Source: Utricularia gibba (lineage: Eukaryota > Plantae > Magnoliophyta). From it: DNA of 64,000 nt. The notes under the pieces were generated by a model. The model searched no databases, was not told the origin of the DNA, and saw nothing but the letters and a program-made list of their open reading frames with translations. A program made the translations under genes and the position numbers. The stretch is from assembly GCA_002189035.1 (NCBI GenBank), contig NEEC01000008.1:1-64000 (forward strand), written 5' to 3'. Positions 37,880 through 51,330 of this stretch are shown here, one piece after another. Position 1 is the first letter of the stretch. The number at the start of each line of letters is the position of its first letter.

Positions 37880-40800
37880 TTTTGTCGTTTTTCCTCCAAT
37901 AATTCTAACTCCAGTTTTCACAGATCAGCATTTTCCTCTTCGTTATAGTGTTCCACCCTATAACTCTTCAGCGTTAATTCGATTGGGCACATGGCTTCCA
38001 ATCTGTAAACCAATAAAAAGGGGGATTCTTCCGTAGTGGTTCGAGAGGTGGTGCGGTATGAACATAGCACCTCATCCAACCGGTCTACCCATGATCCCTT
38101 GAAATCCTCAAGTTTGGTTTTCATACCTTGTATGAGCGTTCGGTTCGTTACCTCCATGAGGCCGTTGCTCTGAGGGTGATAGACCGAGGTGAAGTTGTGC
38201 TTGACTGAATACTTGTCTAAGAATGTGTTGATCTTCCCCCTAGAAAACTGGGTACCGTTATCGGTTACAAGCTCCCAGGGTACTCCGAATCGGATGAAGA
38301 TGTTTCTCCATAGAAATCGGATAACGGCTTCCTTTGATATTTTCGCCACAGCTTCTGCTTCCACCCATTTGAATAAGTATTCAATCCTCATGATAAAAAA
38401 TTTTCTTTGGCCCGAGGTTTGAGGGAAAGGCCCCATGATATCCACCCCCTAGCGATCGAATGGGCACGATACTGGTTTACCGGTTTACCTCGTCATACTC
38501 GCATGATACTGGCATACCTTGCACTTCCTCACTACTTCAGTAATATCTTGTTTCATAGTTGACCAATAATACCCACTCAACGCTTTCCTGCACAAGGATC
38601 GCCCCCAATATGGCTGTCGCACTACCCCTCGTGTAAATCGGCTATGAGGTCTTGAGAATGTTCTTTTCCGATACACCTTAATAGGGGTAAAGAATTCCAT
38701 CACCCAATGTATACCGCTTTGCTCTAATTTCCAATTTTCGGGCTTTGGATTTGTCAGTTGGCATCTCCCCGCTTTGTAGATACTGAATGTAGGGCGACAT
38801 CCAATCCTCTAGGAGTTTAGCTGCAGAGAGATATCGTTTTCCGGTCATTAGGTGATATGGTTGACTGCCCGTAGGACCACCGAGTGTTGGTCTTGCAACC
38901 AGATCATCACACTTCCTTCTCTCAATTCCTGAAATCCGGCCGCAAACTGGGCAAGACTATCCGCGGATCCATTTTCTTCGCGCGCCACGTGTGATAAGGT
39001 AAACTCCTTGAAGGTCTTAGCTAATTCCTTCACCCTAACACAGTATAAAGCCATTAGGGGGGTCATGAGTTTCATACTCACCTGAAAATTGTCCTTGTAC
39101 TAGCCGAGAATCGGTGTAGGCGTCGAGTTCCGCAACTCCAAGCTCCTTGATCACCTTCATTCCCTCAATCAACGCTTCATACTCGGTGATATTATTGGTG
39201 GTGAGGAACGAGAATTTCACCGTGATATAAATGTGATCGCCATCTCAAGTTCTGATGTCGATTCCTCCTCTAACCCTGTTGTATGTCGAACCATTCACAT
39301 ACATGGCCCACCGGTCATTCGTTTTCACAAATTGGTCAATTGGCTTGGTCATTTCGACCACAAAATCGGCGAGAGGTTGGGCTTTGATTGCTGTTCTCGA
39401 TCTGGATTTGATGTCCATAGTGCTCAATTCGACCGCCCATTTGACCATCCTTCCAGAAATTTCAGGTCGAGACAAAATATTGTTCAGTGGTTGATTGGTG
39501 AATACCACAATGTGCCGATCTTGGAAGTATGATTTTAGCTTAGTGACAGCCATCTTCCGAGTCAGGATGAGTTTCTGCTGGTAGGAGAACCTTACTCACA
39601 TAATACACCGGTCGGTGCTTCTCTTCCAAGATAGTTGTCAGGACTCCACTGACCGCAACGGGCGATATTGATAAGTAGAGCCCCAAGAGCTCCCCTTCCT
39701 TCGAAGCTACTAACAGTGGGGGCGATGAAATATATTCCTTGAGTTTTTCAAAGGTGACTCGACAATCTTCGTTCCATTCCAGAGTATTTCCCTTTCAGAG
39801 GGCCTTGAAGAAAGATGCTCACTTATTTGCTGATCGGGATATGAATCGGCTGAGGGTAGCTTGGTTACCTATGAGGCTCTGATACTCTTTAACTGTCCTC
39901 AAAGGCTACATTTCCCATATCGCCTTGATATTTGCGGGGTCCACCTTGATCCCCCTCTCAAATACATAATGGCCGAGAAATTTTCCGCTTTGTACCCCGA
40001 AGCAACATTTTAGTGGGTTGAGTTTTAACCCGTATAACCGACATAGAGAGAAGCAAGAACCCAAATAAGCCAAATGATCCTCTTCATTCATTGATTTCAT
40101 GATCATATCGTCCACATACACCTCCATGGAGGTGCTGATTTCAGAAGAGAAGAGTTTGTTCACCAATCTCTGATAAGTAGCCCCGGCATTTTTCTGACCG
40201 AAAGGCATCGTGACATAGTAGTAAACCCCATCCTTGGTGTAGAAGGTGGTTTTCGGCTGATCCTTCTCCACGACGAAAATCTGATGATACCCGGAGTACG
40301 CATCCATGGTGCTTAGGAATCGGGACCTAGCAATGGCATCTACCAGCTTGTGAATCTTCGGGAGGGGTAAGGATCCCTCTTGCAACAGTCGTTGAGATCG
40401 GTGAACTTGACACACATTCTCCATTTTCCTTCCGGCGTCGGGACAACCACAGGATTGGCCTCCCATTTGGAGCACTTAATCTCCTTCACGTAGCCGTCTT
40501 CTAGTAGCTCTCTCATTTTTTCTTTGACAACTCGGCACTTTTCCTTGAAAAAATGCCATTGCTTCAATATGGTATTCGGCGACAGATCGGTTGATACCTA
40601 CAAAATCTGTTGTGGTCCACGCAAAGATATCGGTATTTTTCTTCAAAAGTTCCGTTAATCTTTCTTCGAATCCGGCGTCTAAGTTGGCTCCAATGCGGGT
40701 TGTCTTCTACACATCCCCTGATATCAATTGCAATTGTTTGTATCCTACCGATTCCATTGCCTGTTGTGGATGCTCTCTAAGTTTCTTTTCCACCATCATT

Positions 40801-42298
40801 ATTCTTGGTTTCTTCGTGCATGAGTCTCAGCAAGAAGACACATAACTTGACCGGGCGGCTGGTTGGTCGATATCGAGCGTGCAAATCCCCCTTGGCGTCG
40901 GAAACTTAACTTTCAGACGTACAGTTGAGAGTAACATACTGAATTGGTTGATCCCTGGTCAGCCAAGAATGATGTTATGTGACATCTCCAAATCCAATAT
41001 CAAGAATTTCAGCCTCTCAGTCCGGTTTCACCCTGCCACATCGAATGTCACAGATAGGGCTATTTTCCCGACCGTCTGCACAGCTCGTTGATCGAAAGCA
41101 TATAACTCCATACTGATTGGGCAGAGCTCTCCTTCCTTGGACGGTGCAAGTAATTCAGCCACCTCTTTCTTCATAATGTTACAGGACGATCCCTGATCGA
41201 TGAGGATCCTTCTTACCTTGGTGCTTTTGCATATTCCTGCTACCACTAGAGGCTTGTTCCGTGTAGTAGGGCCGATGGAAATGTCTCTTCTGGAAAAAGT
41301 GATTTCTTCCTTTTCCCACGTAGCTTTTTCCGTTCGGTTTTTTCTCATTTCAAAAACTTCCCCCTTCCTTGCCTCATCCAAGTATCTCTTCCTTGCTTTT
41401 CTAGATTCGTCGATCTCGGTGCCCCTGGCTACCACGTGGATTTCCTGGACGTAGGGGGGCTATCTTGTACCTGGTTGGCACCTCTTGAGCCTTTCGGGGT
41501 TCAGGTTTCTACTGGTACGCGGGGCACCTCCCGATTGTCTAGGGGGGACTTCTGGGTACCTATTTCCCTAGTTCCTTAAACGTTCGTTGCGTCCCCTTTT
41601 GTGTTCCGCCGTTCCTGAGGGGTTTCATGTCGTGCTGCTCATCCTGCTGTCTGCATGATACTACTCAATCATTCTTTTCATTACCCAGCAATCGACGGTG
41701 TCGTGCCCTATGGTCTTGTGTATCTCACTGTAGATATTCGTTCTGGTCGGTTCCACCTTGGACACTTCGCGGCGCTTGTTCGGCCGAGGAATCCTGTCAG
41801 GTTAATCTTCTTGCTGCAGGACCGGCAGGATTTTTACGAGGCCCTTCATTCCAGCCCCAAGGTTGTCATCGACTCGGATGTATTTCATAATCTATCTCAA
41901 CAACTCCCCAAGGTTCTTTGGTAGGGACTTAGACAGACTCTACCCCAGTTTTGACGTTCCTAAGGCCCATTTCAGTATTTTCACTCTCTCCTTCTAGTCC
42001 AACTGAACATCCTACTCTGAGCAATTGAACCGGTCGATGAACCTCCTCAAGCTTTCTTTTCGATGGTCATACCGAATAGAATACAGGACTGCCTTAGAAG
42101 GTGGAGCCTCGATATTAATAGCATATCGGGTGTCCCCTCCCGCATGTTCGACTTCAGCCCCGAGGATGACTTAAGATCGGAGAATATTTCCGTCATAAGG
42201 GCTTTGAGTTGTCCCCTATTGATAACCATGAGGTTGGGGTCTTGTAAGCCGGCGCTACCTTCATTGCCAGAGTTGGTGGCCATGTTTTTTTTCGCCAT
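37880..42298 (-). pseudogene. Retand gag-pol: gag, protease, RT, RNase H, additional RNase H, integrase
   Basis: RRILIDQGSSCNIM; GKWRMCVKFTDLN; MDAYSGYHQI; VYVDDMI; VFTNQPL; TNNITEYEALIEG..TDSRLV; MDIMGPFP; HPQSNGLMEVTNR. Confidence 0.93.
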
Positions 42299-42875
42299 AC
42301 TAAGCGTTTGGTGAGTAGCTTTTGTGGATTTCTCGAGTGGGACAATAGAGCATTCCTCATGTGGGTGCCAAAATGTTGAGGACGAAAATTGGTGTTCGAG
42401 TGAAGGCTGATTTTCGAGTTACGGATGTGGACGAGCGTGCCATATTCTGTGTGGGACGATTCTGTTAATTGGAAAAGAAAGAAGACTGTGATTTTAACAT
42501 GGAAACCGTCGAAGAACAGAAAAACCACGGAACTATCGGAGCTTGCCGGAAAATATCTTTACAAGATGGAGGTGGTGCGAAAATACAAGCTGAAGGGCTT
42601 AGAGTCGAACCCTTTCCACCGTAACGTTTCTCGCATTTATAGGTGAGATAAACCTGATCGAATTCTGAACTCTACAAAGTCGACTGCTTTCTGCGCCTGT
42701 TGTACGTACTGTAGTTCTGCTATTGCCGTAATTCAGCTACTTTTCAGTCTGTCCAAAATGGCCACTTCTAACAAATCCTGAAAGTTATCGATGTGTCGGC
42801 CTGCACCAGGGTTTCTGAACACCTTTTGGCTACTTTTCAGTAGCCGATTAGCCAGGTCCGATTTAGACCCCATCA

Positions 42876-45800
42876 CCGTTGTTCACCAGGAAGATAGAAA
42901 TAATACTCCAACTCTGATAATGGATAGCCAACAAATCGTTCGAATATACATCTTGATTCTAATTTATCAAAATTCTATTTTCGAACATAGGCTGGACATC
43001 CCAAAATCTTAACATGTTTAAGACTCGGTAGTTCCCATTCCACATTTCATATGGAACTTTGGAAACGAATTTAGAAGGTACTCTGTTAAGAATATAACAT
43101 GTTGTATTCAAAGCATATCTCCATAAGGAAATAGGCAAGTCGGTGTAACACATCATTGAATGGACCATATCCAACAATGTGCAATTCCTCCTTTTCGAAA
43201 CTCCATTTAATTCTGGTGTTCTAGGAGGTGTTGGACTCCATAGAATGCCATGTGTTTTCGTAAATTCCAAGAATTCATCACTGAAGTATTGTCCTCCTCG
43301 ATCAGATCTTAGAGCAAGAATAGTTCTTTTCTTTTGGTTCTCAACTTCAACCTTGAACTCTTTGAACTTTTCAAAGGTTTCAAACTTCCTCTTCATCAGA
43401 TATAGATAACCATATCTATAAACATGATGAAGTAGTTGTAACCATCTCTGGTCTGAACGTTGAGCTCACATACATGTATCAACTCAAGAATATCTTTGGC
43501 TCTTTCGAAGTGCCCCGTAAAGGGCCTCTTTGTCATTTTCCCTTCAAGACAAGAGACACAAGTTAGATATGGATCTGAATCGAAATTGTTCAAGATTCCC
43601 ATATTCCCTAACTTGTTAAATCTATTACTTGAAATATAACAAAGCCTCAAATGTCATAGATAATTCACGCCAATGGATTCCTTGGAAATCGTCTAAATTT
43701 CAGCGACTTCATCCAATGATATTCTGTTGTTATCTTTATCAAGATAGTATAGACTGTCTTGTATCAAACCATGTCCAACGAATTTATTTGCAAAATATAT
43801 CATACATATATTCTTAGCAAATTGAAACTCATATCCCATCTCAGTCAAACTAGAGATAGAGATTACGTTCCGGTAGGCACACAATAAAAACAAAACATCT
43901 TTCAATAGCAAAACATGGTCCTCCAATGCAACCGAAACTGATCCTAAGGACACCGCAGCAATGCTTGCTCCGTTTCCCATTCGAACAATCACCTCTTTCG
44001 ATTGCAATGACCCTCGATCACTCCTAGTCTACACAAGTGTAATGACGTGAGAACTAGCACCGGTATCTAATACTCAAGTGAGTGATGAGCCATCGAACAC
44101 ATTGAAAGATGAAGAATGCAAACCTTTTGCTTTCTCCTTGTCCTTGCTTTCCTTAACAAACTTAAGGAAATCTGGATAATTCCTGTTCCAATGTCCCTTT
44201 TTGCCATAGTGGAAACACTTTCCTTTACTGCTTGACTCACCCTTCTCAAGGATGGTCTGTTTCCTCTTCATGGGAGCACTCTCAACTTTCAAGTCCTCAT
44301 CAACCTTCTCTTTTCCCTTCTTCACGGATTTCTTCTTCTTCTTTCCCGCAATGACAAGAGAAGCTTCTCTTGTCTTGCTAGAAGAAGAAGCGTTTCTCTG
44401 GGAAATCATCAACTTATTATTCAGTTCTACTAGCGAGCAATTGATCTGATTCATGTGAAAGTTCGTAATGAAGCTTCCAAATGACTTTGGAAGCGATTGC
44501 AGAATCAAATCAGTCTTCAGATCAGCGTCCATCTTGAAATAAAGATTTTCCAGCCCTTCTATGAGCATAATCATAAAATTCACATGGACACTGACTTCAT
44601 ATCCAGAGGATCTACATATGTTTCAAGATGGAAGCTGCCGTGGTGTAATTCTCATGTTGTCTCTACAAATCAGAATTCATAGAGGTCAGCATGTAACACC
44701 TTGCCATGTTGTCGTCCATCTCCCACTGAACAAGCAGTTCGTGCTCCATATCTATGGGATTAGATGGATCAACTAGCATAGGAGACTTTCCATCCAATGC
44801 ACTAGCGGCTCACTCATACTGCAGAACAAGTTTCAGGTTCCTCAACCAATCCACAAAGTTGGGGCCAACCAACTTGTTGTCATCGATAATACTAGCATTG
44901 GATTGTTTGATTTCAACTTCATTTTTCATGTAAATGGAGAACTAGCAAGATCTGCATATATTCAAGCATCCACATCAATTAAGAAGTCACGGACTTCGAC
45001 TAATTGATTGCTATATTCATGTTTATCACATAAACAAGGTATGTACAATGTAATAGATAGAATTATCCTTGCTCTACATCTCCTCAAGTACATATGCTAT
45101 TCTTGGAGCATGTAAAACAACAATCAACAACTTGATTCACATATCTCATATGCAATTCTATCTCTACTCCTAACATTTTCATTCTCAGGTACCCATGCCA
45201 TTCTTGAATAAAATGCTAGTCAAGTAAACCCATTCAAGCAGCAACCATATAAATAATTTAATATCTCAAGTACATATGTCATTCTTAATATAAAAACTCA
45301 AATAGTCACAACATCTCATGCTTTAACAATAATTGAATAACATCATATATCATTCATAATATTGCCTGAATGGAGAGCCAAGAAACATTAACATAAAATG
45401 TTTCAAAACTTGATCTTTAAGTTGAAAAATAAATTCTGAAAATCAATAAACAAATAAATTTCCAGAAAACCATTTTTCCCATTGTTTAAATCAAGTCGTG
45501 TATCGAGCTAGTCAATACAGAATTCCGAACTTCCACTCAAACTAGAGATGGTAGTTTTGAAAAACAAATGGCCTTAAAAACCAAGAATCGATGATAAAAA
45601 ATAAACCAACATGTGCGAAATAATGCACAACCCATGGTTTAAATCTGACAACAATCAAATAGTTGCTAAACCAAGCTCTGATACCATTGTCGGGTTACAC
45701 ATAGCGGAAGGTGGGAAAAACAAAAACTTTTCCCTTTTCTTAACCAGCGATATCCCATATCGTTGACAACATCAAAACTACAATGCCTCTAGCTCGACCA

Positions 45801-47348
45801 CACGAACTAGAAATCAATCCGACTAGGTTAAGACCAACATATGTATCACATACATTTTGCCCAAAATATGTTTAAACCATCTCATGAAATAAACATTCAT
45901 CTGATACTAATATCTATATTAACATCAAGACTTGATTTAACTCTTGAATCAAAATGTTGGGAAAAATACAATAAAGCCAATGCTAATATCTTATATCAAC
46001 ATTGACTATCAACATTGAAGAAACACGGAAGACAAACAAAGAAAGTTGCCAAACTCGAAACCAGAGTAGAGTTCTCTTCTTCATATAGCTATTCATCGAT
46101 CTCGTGTCTTCCTTGACCACTTTTCCTCTTTTGGAGATTAAACACCTCTTCCCAAAAGAACTCCAAAAACCTTCTTATGAAGTAGTCCAACTGTCACATA
46201 TTTATAGTCAAGCAATGGCACGCATTGTAATGCAACATGCTTCTCAATTTAGACTAATAAATATGGGCTTGGGCATTTTGGCCTGGATCATGAGCCCATA
46301 TTATTTTGGGCCTTGGTTACCAATATGAGCTTGAGCCCATATAACCAGTTCTTCAACCAACTTATGATTCAAATTTAAAGACATGCTAGAGTCTACCAGA
46401 AATTTGAATGACAAGCGTCTCAGACAATTTCTAATTCTTAGTATATGTATGACTTACTAGGTTCATTTTTAATCGGTAATAAGAGGTGAGAAACCTCATT
46501 TCTCTAACAATGATATTGTCCCAACATATCGTGTCTCTCATAAAATACAAGGGATGTCTAGCATAGCATATTGTATTTACCCAATTAAAACTGATATTCA
46601 ATGATGAATCTTATTGCTATCCTTATGAATATCCCTTTATTGGAGACTTTGATTTAGAATGGAATCATGGATAGCCAAATTCCATTTCACCTAGATCATA
46701 AACACTATCCTGAACACCTATTTCTACGGCAAAACAAGAACCTAGAATCTCATTCCAATATCTCGATAACCTAACAAGGAATTTACCCAACGAAACAATC
46801 AGGAAATCTGAAGTCTCATCTCCGTTTACCCGAAGTAATGAATCCTATCTTGGTTTTTCAGAGATCTTCATACACTATTGCCGACTTGTATATTTCAACA
46901 AGCCTAAATAGCAACAAATCTAAGGTAATAATATATAAGACACAATGAAACCTCAAGTCAAAGGATTTTCATAAAGCAATCTGAATAACACTATGTTAAC
47001 ATATGTAAAATTCCATGCATATGTTATTCAGCGTCACAAGTTTGGTCAGCTCATCTCATGAGCTCCCACATGTTTATTCTGACATCTCATGTCAAGCAGC
47101 ATTCGACTCACTGTTTATTGTATCTTGATAAAAACTTGATCAACACAGTAAAATAAAAAGATGTGATAGTTAAACCAACAATGATGTCCAATCAAAGTAT
47201 TCAAACTACATGTTACAAGAAAATCTGTTGAATATTTTTAACAACTTAAAAATACATTCTCCAAATATGTAACTCTAGACATTGCCATAAAAGGAGAACA
47301 ACAATTATGGGATGCTATATTACATGGCTTTTGAGCATACTTCTAACA
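42876..47348 (-). mobile_element. Angela-type Ty1/copia, 5' half: LTR 45688-47348, PBS 45675-86, gag, protease, GAG-pre-integrase, integrase
   Basis: LTR TGTTAGAAGTATGCTC...CCCGACA, tRNA-Met PBS TGGTATCAGAGC, LILQSLPKSFGSFITNFHMN, CFHYGKKGHWNRNYP, VRMGNGA, CVSCLEGKMTKRPF, LRSDRGGQY..PRTPELNGVS. Confidence 0.92.
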
Positions 47349-47499
47349 CTATAAATCTGGGATTCCCCATGCACCAGTTCGCGTACCATGAATCCACACC
47401 AAATGTGGTGCCGTTAGTGTTTTTTTTCTTTTTTTTAATTGTAATCTTTTTAATCAATAATTTTAATTAATAAATATTATTCATTTAATTAATTAATCA

Positions 47500-49450
47500 A
47501 AATGGGAAAAATCCATTTCAATATCAACATTTCAAATGTTGCTTGTAATTAGATGTACATGTTTTTTAAAATAGTTTTGTAGTACAAAATTTTTAGTTTT
47601 TATTTAAATTCAATACAAACGTTTCAAAATATATCATTGTGGTACAAATGTTAAATATTATGTCATTTTTCAAACATCTACATTTTTTAAAAACATAGTT
47701 TAGATATATACGTTGTTTAAAAAAGTTGAAAAACAATATAAATGCTTTTTTACACATATTTTTTTATATATACATTTATTATAAACTATGATTTTGAACA
47801 AAATATATTAAAAATAGTTAATATATTAAAATATATATTAAAAATTGATAGATAAAATATAGGTATATGTGTCTTTTTGTTTATCATATTTTCTAATTTA
47901 TTAATTTTCTATTTGAATAACTATGCACAATACCGACCAATTATCGAGTACTCCATTATTAGCTTCTCATCACTATCTCCCAATACCTTCTTTTCAGCCA
48001 TATGTGCTTACATAGGATCCACCCATATGGATGTTGTTAAGTTGATGTAGGGCATAAAATCACATGACGTGATATCTAGCTCACTTAATAACTTATCCTC
48101 AAAGAGTCTTATTAGATGCTTGGGTTTTGAAGACTTATTTTCAATCAACTCCTTGTGACATGAACTACAGTGCTCACTATAATACTTAGACACTTGTTAA
48201 TCTCAATCTTGATGGGGACCCGAGATGTATCTGTTGTATCTGTCACATGAACTACAACCAATTATATCTTTCATCTCGACCACCTTTACACACAACACAA
48301 ATGTATCTGTTATCATTTTTCTTAAATTTCCACTGAATCTTTTCCTGAATACAAGAAATAGTAAGAAATTAAACACAAAGAATTATTGATACTCAAAAAA
48401 ATAATTAGAGATTAACCCTAACTATTATTATATAAAAAAAATAGTTTGTGGTTTACCTAAGATTTAATCCTTTCTATACTTGTTTCAAGTTATAATATGC
48501 AATCTCTTCATTCTCAGGATCATATAGCTCAATATCTTGAGTGACAATCTCATGTGCTTGAAGTATGGATTCTTTCTTACACTCAATTTTAGACATTAGC
48601 TCAATATCGAATGAGCATAGAGGTTGCAATCCATTGGATTCATATTGAAATTTCTCCTCTGAATAAATGTATGATTCCGTAGTATCCGAATCACTCATGG
48701 TGAGAACCTGTGGGACCAAATCAATCAAAAAACTACAACAAATTAAACCAATATGATTCTAGATCTGTCCAATAAACTTACGATTCAAAGCAAAATAATG
48801 TAAGAAGATGAATCTAAAATCACCACAATAAAACCCAAAATCTAAGAACATAATCCCAAAGTCGCAGTTGGGCGATGGGTACAAAACGAGGATGATCATG
48901 GTGGGTCAATAGGGCGACCGGTCAACAATTACGGTGGCTTGTAGTGGATCGCTATGGCTAACAAAAATCGGAAGATTTCATTGTGGTGGCTAGTAATAGC
49001 TGTAATCCTAATTACATTGCATTCATCAATATGGGAATGGACTAGCTAAATATGTGTACTAAAATGAAAGCCCATTAATAAACGTTTGTTTTCATAATGT
49101 AGGTGTTAAAATGTGTGTTTTTATTCATAAAATAATTTATGAATGTATGTACCAAAAAAAAATTTCAGAAACATGTTGATATTAGAGACATACTATTTTT
49201 GAAAACATTTAGTTTCAAAATAAAACTTTTGAAAACATTTGTATATAAAATCTGTAAAATCAGACAACATATGTACCAAAAATCATATTATAAAAACATT
49301 GGTATAGAATTATATATTTTTTATCAAACGTTTACATTGAAACAAAAGGTAGCACTAATCAAAATCATAATCGTCTCATATATCTTTATTTAAATTACTC
49401 AATGTTCATCCATTGATTAATATCATTTTTCATTATTCAAAACAATAATT
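47500..49450 (-). mobile_element. Possible highly degenerate Mutator-like (MULE) remnant
   Basis: 48008..48193 reads HCSSC..SSKPKHLIR..INLTTSIWVDPM, loosely MuDR-like. The AT-rich flanks show weak mutual inverted similarity. Confidence 0.3.
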
Positions 49451-49769
49451 GTTCATCAATTATCATTTTAATTCTCATTTATCTTCTATGAATATTCAAT
49501 TTTTTATTAAAAATTATTTTATTTTAGTATTTTTAAAAATAACTTAATATAATTTAAATATTATAAATGGAAATTATCTAAACGTATCCATAATTTTTCA
49601 AATCACAAATAAACATATTCGAACCTATGTATCCTAGCTATAGATGATGTGGTTGAATTGCAAAACCATTCTCTTCTCGCAAATGAGTAGATTGCATTTA
49701 TTTTTGTTAGCAGCATGGTGCTTTATTTGTCACAGAAGGCAGGCAGGCAGCGCGGGGCGGGAATCGGGA

Positions 49770-51330
49770 TCACCCGAAGATTTTGTTGAGGGTGGTGGCG
49801 AGGCGAACTCCAGCCTGGGCCAGCCGCAGGTTCAACTCCGGGTACACCCCCAGGAAGTAGGGATCTGCGCCACTCAACCAAACCAACTGAATATCTATCT
49901 TTATTTTTGAAAAAGACGAATTAATCAAGTAATTAATTACCGCTAAGAGCTGAATAATCTTCAACTCCGTTGTACGCGTAACTGCACGCGGCTTCGATGG
50001 ATTCCTCTGCGTATCTGCGGACAAGAATGCTCAATACTCATACACGCACACACAACCCCAGGCCACACCCAATTTCAATTTCAACACAACTGCTGACGTA
50101 CGTGTCAGGGCAAGTAGTTGAGCCGCACGATTCCCAGGCCGCGACTTGCTCGGACCAGACGGACTGAAAACCCAACCCGCAAACACCCACGTTGGAGACG
50201 TCTTTCCAAAATAGAACCCAAAAAAAAAAAAAGAACAAAAAACACTACCGAAATGTTACTCTGGAGTGCGGCGATCAGTTCACCCTCACTGTTATCGTAA
50301 TAATCCTGCATTTGGGTTTGAATTATGCTCGTGTCCCAAACCTGCACCAACCGAAGAGGATCAGATTCCCCAAACGGTGAGATCTTTATGTATATGTTAT
50401 TCAGACGTACACTATGGAGATTGGTGCTCTTGGTGTACCATTTCACTGGAATCAGGTTTCCTCCTTCGTCCGATGCAAATCCACAATGCAGTGGCTGCAC
50501 CAACACATTTTCTGCATTAGCTGATGGTTCCGATTTCAAGAAGAAAACATTTTCCATAGAAACGGAGCGAATTTATGCGATAAATGAGCGGTGATGGATA
50601 TTGCCTGGTGAATGTCTCCCATGAAATGAGCCAGAAACATAAGAGCCTGAGTTAGATTATCTGCAATCGCGAACCCGTCCCTCATTAGCTTTGGATCTTA
50701 CACCTGTGTTGTGTAGTGTAGGAGGAATCACGAGAAACAGCTGTGGAAAAAACCATGAGTTGCGTACATGTGGAAGGGGAGCCGTATCCCAGAAGCTGAT
50801 TCGTGTAGTTGTTGATTGCTCCGACGACGCAGTTCCCCAACACGCCATTCGAATCCCTGCAGTCCCCTGTTGCCAAAATCATAAACGGGGGTTCCATCGA
50901 TGCCATGCCATGTATTCAAAAAGGGGCGTGTCACTGCGACTCACTGGTGTAGTCGTAGTTGCATACATCAGCCGTGTCGACGAAATGGAGAGGCGGCGAC
51001 CAGGTGTAAATAGATCTCACGTCATCGGCCCACGAACACACGCCGCTCAGCGGGCTGTAAGGTAGGAGTTTCGACACGGCGGCCCCTGCGTTGCTACTCA
51101 ACATCGGCTACAAGGAGGAAAAGAAAACGATCAACGACAGAAGAGGGTGGAGGTGCATTCAGTTTACTAGCTTCAAACCCCATGTCACGTGAATTTATAA
51201 AGTAGAAAATGGGATTCACTTGAGCGATACTGCAGATGATTTGATGGCCGATGGCTCCCCAGCCGTAGGCAGAGTGCAGGAGCATGAGAAAGCTGAGAGG
51301 CAGGAGGATTTGAGCTCTACCAAGCTCCAT
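49770..51330 (-). CDS. S1/P1-family (bifunctional, ENDO/BFN-type) endonuclease, 278 aa; exons 51330-51220, 51107-50945, 50866-50768, 50660-50605, 50494-50411, 50341-50249, 50163-50102, 50014-49941, 49864-49770
   Basis: 837 nt in frame. Signal peptide, then WGAIGH, WADD, LHF, HFMGDIHQPLH and NLHSVWD metal-ligand motifs, DCRD..NCVVGAINNYT and RLAQAGVRLA..LNKIF. Intron 4 has a GC donor. Confidence 0.95.

Larger units (their letters stand above)
34755..42875 (-). mobile_element. Full-length degenerate Ty3/gypsy Tat/Retand element (8.1 kb)
   Basis: LTRs 42374-42875 and 34755-35275 (TG..CA, 19-bp indel), PBS TGGCACCCACATGAGG at 42355-70, PPT AGAGGGGTTGAA at 35276-87, TSD CCGTT/TTGTT. Confidence 0.93.
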
